In this document: positions 33,386 through 43,576 of the stretch, one piece after another | How positions within the stretch are numbered: the first letter of the stretch is position 1 | How the letters are laid out: each line of letters opens with the position of its first letter | Source: an uncultured Candidatus Saccharibacteria bacterium | GTDB taxonomy: Bacteria; Patescibacteriota; Doudnabacteria; UBA920; O2-02-FULL-48-8 | DNA: 43,576 bases | Direction: 5' to 3' | NCBI GenBank assembly: GCA_964405805.1 | Contig: CAYOPE010000004.1 | Span: 1-43,576 of the forward strand | Made by a program: the position numbers and the translations under genes | The notes under the pieces: model-generated | What the model was told of the DNA's origin: nothing | The model's database searches: none | What the model saw: only the letters and a program-made list of their open reading frames with translations

Positions 33386-33386
33386 A
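32987..33386 (+). repeat. 400-bp perfect direct repeat, copy 2
   Basis: Identical to 30274-30673. Confidence 0.9.
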
Positions 33387-34008
33387 ACAGCAGAGAGGAC
33401 AAAGCTTAATCGAGACCATTGTCGCAATCTTTATCCTAACCTCATCTTTAATCGGAGGTTTGGGTTTAACTATCTACGCTTTTTCTGGTTCGACCAATTC
33501 ACAAAACGAGTTCCTAGCATCTAACCTGGCTCGCGAAGGGGTAGAAGTCATCCGGACGATCCGCGATTCGAGCTGGCTTTCAGGTGATAAGCAGGGAGGC
33601 GCTGCTGATTTACAAACTTGTGCTGATATTGGTAGTAAGCTCTGTTATCCACAAGCCTACAGTGGCATTAATGCTGGAAATCAGAGAATCGTGTTTGATA
33701 CACTGACCAGTTCTTGGGCGTTAGTCAGTAATCCAGTAAATTATAATTTGTATTTGCAAGCAGATGGTACGTATTCTAGTGTCACGAATGGTGCTTCTGT
33801 CTTTGGGCGCATGATTAACATCAGTTTTAACTCCAACGCTCCGTATACGAATCAAAACTCTAATCAAGAAATGATTGTTAAGTCAGTAGTTGCTTGGCGA
33901 GGGAAAGGATGTACTAGTTTTACTTCTACAGACAATCTGTTAACTCTTTCCACGCCCTGCAAGACAGTGGTCGAAGAGCACATGACTAACTGGAAGGATT
34001 ATAAATGA
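33382..34008 (+). CDS. Minor pilin / pseudopilin
   Basis: MKQQRG|QSLIETIVAIFILTSSL (Glu at +5). ATGA overlaps the adhesin 2 stop. Confidence 0.8.
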   Translation: MKQQRGQSLIETIVAIFILTSSLIGGLGLTIYAFSGSTNSQNEFLASNLAREGVEVIRTIRDSSWLSGDKQGGAADLQTCADIGSKLCYPQAYSGINAGNQRIVFDTLTSSWALVSNPVNYNLYLQADGTYSSVTNGASVFGRMINISFNSNAPYTNQNSNQEMIVKSVVAWRGKGCTSFTSTDNLLTLSTPCKTVVEEHMTNWKDYK

Positions 34009-34565
34009 CACGTATCACGTATCGCGGGTCACGTCTCAAGGGGTTTACCCTGATTGAAGCAGTGGTGGCTACTGCAGTATTTGCTTTTACTATTGTTTCG
34101 ATTTTAGGAGTTTACGTAGCTACTACCAAACTTGATCGGAAAAGCAGAGCGGAAAGAGCAGTTTCCCAAAACGGCCGTTTCATCATGGAGTTTCTAGCCA
34201 AAGAAATCCGCAATGGGACGATAGATTACTCTAGCTACCCGGGCGGTACGGTTTCCACCACTACAGATTTGTTTTTAGAAAATCAAGCCAATGAACTTGA
34301 GCATCTTTTTAAAAGTGGCAATGATATGATTTTAAACAAAGGTTCAAATGTCAACATGAATTCGGCTTCTGTAAAAGTGACGAAGTTGGATTTTTATATC
34401 AAACCAGTGGGAAATCCTTTCACTGTCGCGAAAACTTTTAACGAACAGCCGCACGTCACTGTGATTTTACAGCTGCAATCAAACTATGGAACTCGGACGA
34501 ATGATATAGCTACTCTTAATTTAGAAGATACTTTTGCCGTTCGAATTTATCCAAGTCGAGAATAA
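34005..34565 (+). CDS. Minor pilin / pseudopilin
   Basis: RLKG|FTLIEAVVATAVFAF. Confidence 0.8.
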   Translation: MTRITYRGSRLKGFTLIEAVVATAVFAFTIVSILGVYVATTKLDRKSRAERAVSQNGRFIMEFLAKEIRNGTIDYSSYPGGTVSTTTDLFLENQANELEHLFKSGNDMILNKGSNVNMNSASVKVTKLDFYIKPVGNPFTVAKTFNEQPHVTVILQLQSNYGTRTNDIATLNLEDTFAVRIYPSRE

Positions 34566-34566
34566 C

Positions 34567-35331
34567 ATGAAAAAACAAGCAGGTGTTACGTTGATAATAT
34601 CAATTCTAATAATGTCAGCTGTGGCTCTGGCTAGTGTCGCTGTGGCCGCGTTTGCTCTTTCAGAAATTCGTTCATCCAGAGCAGTCGCGTTAACTGAACC
34701 TGCGATTTCTGCTTCAGAAACAGCCGGGGAGCAAGGATTGTGGGCGATTAAACGCGACGTCTCGCTTACCAATTGTAATTCTGGTCAGACCACAGTTAGC
34801 TTAAGCAATGGGGCAATAGTTAATTCCTGTAAAACTTATTCTAAAGCCACGATTAACCTTAAAGGTGGCGTGCCTTTTGTCTTTTTCTTATACGACCCAA
34901 ATGACCCCAATGGCAATCTCTGCATGAATCAGACTTATGATTCAGGACAGCATAGCGGGTGTGCAGGAGCAGCTATCTATACCAGCATTACGATTGTCCA
35001 CAAGGCTGGAACTTCTGATGTTTCTGTAACCACTCGTGATTTAAATGGTAATGCCTTTGCAGGCTCTGATATTACTGTAACTAGAAATTCTACAGGGACT
35101 GTAACGATTCCAGATCCGATACCGGCCACTCCGCCGACTAATGACGAACGATTAAAAGTAACTCTGTCTTCAAATACTGATACAACTATAGAGTTAAATG
35201 CTTTGCCTTTGGGACTACCAAACTATCCGACTGTGAGCGCAGGTGGCTGTGCAGCAAAAACCGCTCTTTCAGATTGTACTTCAGGAGCGGAGATATTCAA
35301 CCGTAGATTAAATATTACAGTGCCTCAGTAG
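34567..35331 (+). CDS. PilX-like minor pilin / pilus-associated protein
   Basis: MKKQAGVTLIISILIMSAVALASVAV resembles the PilX N-terminal domain (no Glu at +5). Confidence 0.65.
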   Translation: MKKQAGVTLIISILIMSAVALASVAVAAFALSEIRSSRAVALTEPAISASETAGEQGLWAIKRDVSLTNCNSGQTTVSLSNGAIVNSCKTYSKATINLKGGVPFVFFLYDPNDPNGNLCMNQTYDSGQHSGCAGAAIYTSITIVHKAGTSDVSVTTRDLNGNAFAGSDITVTRNSTGTVTIPDPIPATPPTNDERLKVTLSSNTDTTIELNALPLGLPNYPTVSAGGCAAKTALSDCTSGAEIFNRRLNITVPQ

Positions 35332-35333
35332 AC

Positions 35334-35888
35334 CTAAGGCAATTTAATGACTTGACCCGGTGTGATCAAATCAGATTTTTGAAGATTGGGATTAACCGCA
35401 ATTATATCAGCAACCGTGATATTAAATTGCTTGGCGATACTTGAAAGAGTATCGTTTGATTTGATGGTATAAATTTTTCCATCGACTTTACTAGTAGTAG
35501 CTTGAGGAATTTTTAGGATTTGACCAGCATGCACGACAAAAGGTTCTGAAAGATCATTAATCTGCGCAATCGAATCCCACCGGACATTGTATTGTTGGCT
35601 GATATTAAAGAGAGTGTCACCATTCTTAACAGTATACTGGGTAAATTGAGAGTCAGGAGCAGGAGTGGTCTCGGTTGTGGACTCGCCGAGGACTTGTTGT
35701 GTTACGGCTTCAGTTGTTTTATTATTATTTGAGGAAGAGGATGAGTGTGAGGGCCATAAATTGATAGTCAGAAGCACACTTCCAATCAAAAAAAGTACCC
35801 CAGCAGTAGTCAACTTCACGTCCCGTCTAGAAGAGGGAGTGATTTGAGCACGTAACTCGGGTGATAAGTGGGGTTTGATATATTTCAT
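35334..35888 (-). CDS. TM-anchored protein with two LysM peptidoglycan-binding domains
   Basis: YTVKNGDTLFNISQQYNV...GQILKIP and YTIKSNDTLSSIAKQFNI...GQVIKLP. Confidence 0.88.
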   Translation of the reverse strand: MKYIKPHLSPELRAQITPSSRRDVKLTTAGVLFLIGSVLLTINLWPSHSSSSSNNNKTTEAVTQQVLGESTTETTPAPDSQFTQYTVKNGDTLFNISQQYNVRWDSIAQINDLSEPFVVHAGQILKIPQATTSKVDGKIYTIKSNDTLSSIAKQFNITVADIIAVNPNLQKSDLITPGQVIKLP

Positions 35889-35906
35889 CTCTCGATTTTG
35901 GTTTTT

Positions 35907-35934
35907 CCGCCAGAGGCGGATCCGCCTCTGGCGG
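35907..35934. repeat. Perfect 28-bp nested palindrome in the divergent lysM/ligA intergenic region
   Basis: CCGCCAGAGGCGGA|TCCGCCTCTGGCGG. Each half is itself a CCGCC-N3-GGCGG hairpin. Confidence 0.9.
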
Positions 35935-35957
35935 ACTTACTCTCTTATTTGCTTTGA

Positions 35958-37957
<2,000 letters not shown>

Positions 37958-37958
<1 letters not shown>

Positions 37959-39181
37959 TGGAATTTTTGCGAATAAAAAATAGAAGAATCGCTTGGGCTT
38001 TTTTGATTATCGTAATAGTTTTTATTGTTCTCAGTATTCCTTTTAAGGACGGTCGTTCTACATATGCTTACTGGGAACTGATTCGTGACCTGGGTCAGAT
38101 TAGACAAATCGATCAAGGGCGACTAGTCGAGCTGGGTCCTATTTCAAGCTTGGGAGATTTTCATTTCGGACCCATTTATTATTATCTGGCTTTTCCTTTC
38201 GTAAAGATTTTAGATTTTAAACTTTATTCGCTAGCTTTGACTAGCGCTTTTTTTATGCTGCTGTGTGTGATCGGCAGTTTCGTGCTGATTAAAGACTGGT
38301 TTAAAAATGAAATACTAGCGTTCTTAACTTTTGCTAGTATGGCCATCTCCATCATGACTTTTCAGCTGACCAAATACGGTTCTAACCCGAACTTCATCCC
38401 GTTTTTTATTGTTTTATTTTTTTATTCGTTGAGGAAACTCATAGACGAACCGAAAAATTTAATGCAAACGATAATTCTTGCTGTTAGTTTTGCTGTCTTA
38501 ACCCAGCTTCACGCCGTAACCCTTCTTGCTATTCCCATAATTTTAGTTTTGACGTATATTACTACGAATTTGAAAAGAGTACCGATTCGGAGCATCATAG
38601 TTTTTCTCTTCGTCAATTTGGTTTTGTATTATCCATACTTGCACTACGAATTCACTCACCACTTTAGTAATACTCAGGCTCTGATGCATTTATCAAATGG
38701 AGCCAACGGCTCCTGGGAAATGTACTATTCGCATCTGATTCAATTTGTTTCTTTTTTTATTAACCCGATTTTGTCTACACATAGTTTTTTTGATGCTTTA
38801 GATATTGGCGGAACTTGGTTTACTATTTTGGTGGCTGTTGTGTTTGGTCTAGCTCCTATCGTTTGGATTGTAAATAAGCGTCACAGAAAATATTTATTTT
38901 CAGAAATTATTCATGCCGATGCTATAACCAAAAAACTTTTGTGGTTTTGGTTTCTGGTGCCTGCCATAATTTTTATTTTACCCCTGGGTCGCACGTCGAA
39001 TTTTCAGTATTATTATTTTTTTATTCTTTATCCGATAGTTTTTGGACCATTTGCATATGGTCTGATCTGGCTTTTTCGCCAAGGTTTGAACTACACAGTG
39101 ATTTATTGTATTTTAGCCTTTTTGTTACTGCAAGCTTTACAAATATATTTGTATATAAATTTCGTTAGGGGTTTGGTCTGA
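37958..39181 (+). CDS. Polytopic membrane protein, GT-C (ArnT/PMT-like) glycosyltransferase-like
   Basis: About 11 hydrophobic segments, Phe/Tyr-rich, with the typical size. No catalytic motif was verified. Confidence 0.6.
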
Positions 39182-39264
39182 TTTGTAATTTAGAATCTTT
39201 CGTGTTACCATGCCTATAATTTGAGCGAATTAATCGCTCACTTGAGTCTCCGAAGGAGGAACTC

Positions 39265-40002
39265 ATGAAGGTTCAGGCAGTTGGCAGTTTCGCAGATCCA
39301 ATCGACCTGATTCGATCGCAGGACCAGAAATGGCAGCGTATGCGTGAAGCCATGGATTGGCTAACGAAGAGCCGATCGGTCCTCGAAGGTGGTCACTTCA
39401 GGTTTGGCACAGACGAGAAAGAACAACACGGACGTATCTACGTAAACGCCCGTCGGTTGTTCAACATGGCATTCGCGAGCAAGTGGTTGATTACGGCGTT
39501 GGCGGATGTCCTACCCACGGAGGTCCGTGAGCAAACGGAGATCGTAGCCGGTCCGACCACATGCGGCATCATCATCGCGCGTGATCTGGCGGATCACCTG
39601 TCGTCGAAACTCAAAGAAGGCCAACCGGATGTCGAAGCCATCTTTTTCGGTCGCGATTGGAACGACATCTATACAATTCACGAGTCCGATGCCGACCGAT
39701 TGCTTGTGTGGGAACCTGTTGATCCAAACAAGCCTGATGGAGAGCAGAAAGTCGTGCGTGGTCGCCGCGTTCTTTTAGTCGATGACGTTCGACACCGTGG
39801 GGTGACGTTTGAAGCTTGCTTCCAGCTGATCAAACGGGCTGGAGGCGAAGTCATCGCCACCGCTCAGCTCATCGATCGCGGCATGGCTACACTGCCGATT
39901 CCAGTCCCGAACTACTTCGTCGGCCAGGTCGATCGTGATCGGTTGTACAAACCGAAGGACTGCCCGATGTGTCGAGTCGGTGAGCCCATCACGAAGTTCT
40001 GA
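39265..40002 (+). CDS. GC-rich island: type I phosphoribosyltransferase (OPRT-like)
   Basis: SD GAAGGAGG. PRPP loop RVLLVDDVRHRGVTF. EGGHFRFG near the N-terminus. C-terminal CPMCRVGEP. Confidence 0.75.
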   Translation: MKVQAVGSFADPIDLIRSQDQKWQRMREAMDWLTKSRSVLEGGHFRFGTDEKEQHGRIYVNARRLFNMAFASKWLITALADVLPTEVREQTEIVAGPTTCGIIIARDLADHLSSKLKEGQPDVEAIFFGRDWNDIYTIHESDADRLLVWEPVDPNKPDGEQKVVRGRRVLLVDDVRHRGVTFEACFQLIKRAGGEVIATAQLIDRGMATLPIPVPNYFVGQVDRDRLYKPKDCPMCRVGEPITKF

Positions 40003-40012
40003 AGGAGGGCGT

Positions 40013-40237
40013 ATGAGTCTGCTGTTGCTTTTCGTCTTCCTCGTGGTGCTTGGCGTGATCTTTGTGTGCAGCGTGTTCTTTCCGATCCGTCTACTGCTTC
40101 TGCTATGTGCAATCTGGACGATCGTGCTTCTGATCATGGCCACCACCTTTACCACCGTCATCATCGGAGTCGCGCCTCTGATCGCTGTTCTGGTGGGTCA
40201 CGCGGTCGGTCAGATCCGGGTTAACACGAGCTTCTGA
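40013..40237 (+). CDS. GC-rich island: 74-aa two/three-TM membrane protein
   Basis: SD GAAGGAGGG 4 nt (CGT A) before ATG 40013. Almost entirely hydrophobic. Confidence 0.55.
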   Translation: MSLLLLFVFLVVLGVIFVCSVFFPIRLLLLLCAIWTIVLLIMATTFTTVIIGVAPLIAVLVGHAVGQIRVNTSF

Positions 40238-40247
40238 GGAGAGCGTC

Positions 40248-40433
40248 ATGGACATTAAACTTCATTGGTGCAACTTCGCACTCGCGCTCTGGGCGTGCAC
40301 GCCGAGAGGTGGCGAGTGGCTCCGGAAAAGATTCGGAACCACGAACGTCACGGTCCACTGCTCGTATGAGCCGATCATGCGAGAGCTGGCTCAGACTGGT
40401 CTGGCCATCGGCGGCGACGTCCCTGTGGTGTAG
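40248..40433 (+). CDS. GC-rich island: 61-aa hypothetical protein
   Basis: SD GAGGAGAG. A terminator follows the stop. Confidence 0.5.
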   Translation: MDIKLHWCNFALALWACTPRGGEWLRKRFGTTNVTVHCSYEPIMRELAQTGLAIGGDVPVV

Positions 40434-40443
40434 TTCTCAGCCC

Positions 40444-40493
40444 GCCTGCCTCGAACTTCGCTTTACTGCGGATCGAGGCGGGCGTGTTTTTTT
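40444..40493 (+). terminator. Long hairpin terminator, sibling of 41658-41708
   Basis: GCCTGCCTCGA...TCGAGGCGGGC plus GTGTTTTTTT. Confidence 0.75.
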
Positions 40494-40553
40494 AACCCAA
40501 GCTCTTCTTCGGCTTGTATTTGACTTTAAGCGAAACTATTCATTAAACTAATA

Positions 40554-40570
40554 TGTTGGTTCAACCAACA
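40554..40570. promoter_or_regulatory. Perfect 8-1-8 palindrome TGTTGGTT-C-AACCAACA abutting the SD of the triple-HTH gene (candidate operator)
   Basis: Read directly. It ends 1 nt before GGAGGA. Confidence 0.45.
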
Positions 40571-40581
40571 GGAGGATCGAG

Positions 40582-41169
40582 ATGGGCACACACCCCGCTC
40601 ATTATCTGTTCAGCTTGCTGGCTAAAAGAATGAGACTGAGCTTGGCGCCTTTCTATTTGTGGGAGAAAAAAGGCCTTCTTCCTGTCCACGTCGTGAACGG
40701 AGATAAGGTCGTGAAGGCCTCGATTGCGCGGCCGCTTATCCAGGTATGGCGCACGACATGTACTCGAGCAGAGTTTGCGAGACTGACAGGCTGGAACAAA
40801 AATTCGATCGGTTATCTCATAAATCGCAGATTGATCCACGCAAGAAAGGTTCACGGTCGTTGGCGTCCTTGTCGCAGCTCTATACCTGTCGCACGCCGCC
40901 TGGCTAGTCAGCACATGCGACAAGTCAAACGGATGAGTCAAGGAAACTTCTTCGTTCAGTTGGCGGGTAGACCGCAGGAGCTCCAAGGCCAGACGCAGAA
41001 TTTGTCAGTGACGGCTCAGTACCTCGGAGTAGGCACTAGCATGGTTCATGTCTGGATTTCTGAAGGAAAGCTTAAAGTGACTTACTACAGAGGGCGTCTC
41101 GTGGTGTTTACAAGTTCGATCAAAAGTCTTCGTAAGAGATTTTTGGTTGAATTTAAGAACGACTACTAA
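40582..41169 (+). CDS. GC-rich island: protein with three excisionase/MerR-type (HTH_17-like) units
   Basis: Unit 3, LSVTAQYLGVGTSMVHVWISEGKLKVTYYRGRLVVF, is a textbook Xis/AlpA-type HTH. Two weaker units lie upstream. Confidence 0.65.
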   Translation: MGTHPAHYLFSLLAKRMRLSLAPFYLWEKKGLLPVHVVNGDKVVKASIARPLIQVWRTTCTRAEFARLTGWNKNSIGYLINRRLIHARKVHGRWRPCRSSIPVARRLASQHMRQVKRMSQGNFFVQLAGRPQELQGQTQNLSVTAQYLGVGTSMVHVWISEGKLKVTYYRGRLVVFTSSIKSLRKRFLVEFKNDY

Positions 41170-41178
41170 GGGGGCGTT

Positions 41179-41649
41179 GTGGCAAATACCAAGCCGGGCG
41201 GCACGCTCGGCAAAATGTCCGCCAAGAAGAGGCGACAGGTTCAGTCCAAAGGTGGGCAGGCGTCGCATGAAAAAGGAGTGGCTCCCGAATTCAGCGCGGG
41301 TCGTCAAGGCTCTGGCCGCAAGGCAGCACTCAGGAGCTGGGAGCTGTGCCCGAAGCGTGATCTACCACCACTATCAAGCGACCGGGCGCGCGAGCTTGCT
41401 TTCAGTCGCTGGAAGGAAGCGTATCAGCACCTGCTTTTGCCCGTGACGACACCTCAGCTACTCATACCAATCGCCGAGTGCGCGCAGTTGCTGCGGGTGA
41501 ACAAGATTACTTTCAGGCGATGGCGGAGGCTCGGACTGTTTCGCGGGGAAGTGACCAAGGGGCAAAAGAAATACTTGCCCTACGAACGACTGGAGATGGG
41601 GCGAAGAGCCGTGGTCCGTTTTTACAAGATCAAACCGGCTTCGGTCTAG
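41179..41649 (+). CDS. GC-rich island: KGG-motif N-terminus plus HTH_17-like C-terminus (GTG start)
   Basis: SD AAGGGGG. SKGGQASHEKG resembles the stress-protein KGG repeat. IPIAECAQLLRVNKITFRRWRRLGLF is HTH-like. Confidence 0.55.
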   Translation: MANTKPGGTLGKMSAKKRRQVQSKGGQASHEKGVAPEFSAGRQGSGRKAALRSWELCPKRDLPPLSSDRARELAFSRWKEAYQHLLLPVTTPQLLIPIAECAQLLRVNKITFRRWRRLGLFRGEVTKGQKKYLPYERLEMGRRAVVRFYKIKPASV

Positions 41650-41657
41650 TCGGTCTG

Positions 41658-41708
41658 CCTCGCCTTGACCTTCGCTATAAAGCGAGTCGAGGCGGGGCGT
41701 GATTTTTT
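41658..41708 (+). terminator. Long hairpin terminator, sibling of 40444-40493
   Basis: CCTCGCCTTGAC-CTTCGCT-ATAA-AGCGAG-GTCGAGGCGGGG plus CGTGATTTTTT. Confidence 0.75.
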
Positions 41709-41733
41709 CCACAAAATATCCTCATTTAGGGGG

Positions 41734-41762
41734 TTGACAGGGGAGTATAAAAAAGTTATAAT
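41734..41762 (+). promoter_or_regulatory. Perfect consensus sigma70 promoter TTGACA-17-TATAAT
   Basis: Read directly. It is the only full-consensus promoter I found in the window, about 520 nt upstream of the 23S. Confidence 0.75.
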
Positions 41763-41893
41763 TGATTCAAGATAGTCAAAAACAAAAGCGAATTAACCAA
41801 AATAAGGCTTAAACTATGGTTTACACAGGACATTTTGTTTCAACGAAAGGCGGTTCAATGAACTAGCGCGCATTTTTGTGTGCTGGATTCAAA

Positions 41894-41916
41894 GGCCCGC
41901 CGAAAGGCGGTTTTTT
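41894..41916 (+). terminator. CCGCC-GAAA-GGCGG plus T6 hairpin about 150 nt downstream of the consensus promoter
   Basis: Same hairpin family as 3609 and 5333. Confidence 0.6.
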
Positions 41917-41954
41917 AATCGCCCTAATGCTAGTTCTCTAAATGGGCGATTTAC

Positions 41955-42031
41955 TACGAAATACGAATCGGTACGAATATACGAAAAGGACTAACCCAGT
42001 TCGTACTTTCGTAAAAATTCGTAAGTTCGTA
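41955..42031. repeat. Array of 4x TACGAA followed by 4x TTCGTA with mirrored spacing (long hairpin or protein-binding array)
   Basis: TACGAA at 41955, 41962, 41972 and 41980. TTCGTA at 42000, 42008, 42018 and 42026. Spacings are 7/10/8 versus 8/10/8. Confidence 0.8.
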
Positions 42032-42285
42032 GAAAGCCGTAATAGATACGGCTCACTACTTCCCCGCGTCGGTTGCTTTAACCAGGGTCTGAAAGTGAGT
42101 AGTGAGCTGTGCAAGTTACGGCTAGCACTTTGACAACTAACCGGCATCTTAGAAGAGAAAAACGAAAAGAGAAAAATGCAAAACAATTGTTTTGATCTCT
42201 TCTCTTTAATTTTTACTCTTCAAAAAGTCCTCGTGCATGTAACACGGGGCATTCTAGTAATCACTGATTGCTAGTCAAATAAATG

Positions 42286-43576
<1,291 letters not shown>

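Noticed and set aside
39581-40551. ORFs 39581-39778(+), 39678-39860(-), 39775-40164(-), 39912-40112(-) and 40309-40551(+)
   Set aside because: They overlap better-supported SD-preceded genes in a GC-rich island, and 40309-40551 runs through a terminator.

Overview
The window probably comes from an AT-rich Candidate Phyla Radiation (Patescibacteria)-type genome; this is an inference from rRNA features and gene content. It opens inside a 16S rRNA gene (1-1676) that is split by a 661-nt group I intron (579-1239), and it ends inside a 23S rRNA gene (42286 to the window end). tRNA-Ile(GAU) and tRNA-Ala(UGC) lie between the two rRNAs in the canonical spacer order. However, this 'spacer' is about 40.6 kb long and carries about 60 protein genes, nearly all on the + strand. 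The backbone contains: envelope genes (uppP, a PAP2 phosphatase, a CPBP protease); a complete secretin-less type IV pilus locus (two stand-alone pilins, pilMNO, pilB, a degenerate receiver, pilT, pilC, three more pilins, pilD, a GspH-like pseudopilin); two DsbA-like oxidoreductases, each followed by Cys-rich exported proteins; a duplicated adhesin module; and a LysM protein, ligA and a GT-C-like membrane protein. The adhesin module encodes two large proteins with an unusual alternating-tyrosine (YQ/YE/YP)n tract plus FN3 and DUF11-like domains, followed by three minor pilins. Scattered through this backbone are at least nine gene cassettes that look GC-richer by eye and carry strong Shine-Dalgarno (SD) sites. 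One lies antisense inside the 16S intron, and three share a conserved 3' hairpin. The largest (39.2-41.7 kb) encodes a PRTase and excisionase-type HTH proteins just upstream of a consensus promoter preceding the 23S. Two long perfect repeats (416 bp in a pilin, 400 bp at the adhesin 3' end) indicate recent gene conversion among surface-protein genes. All functional calls rest on motif recognition by eye; no database search or computation was possible.
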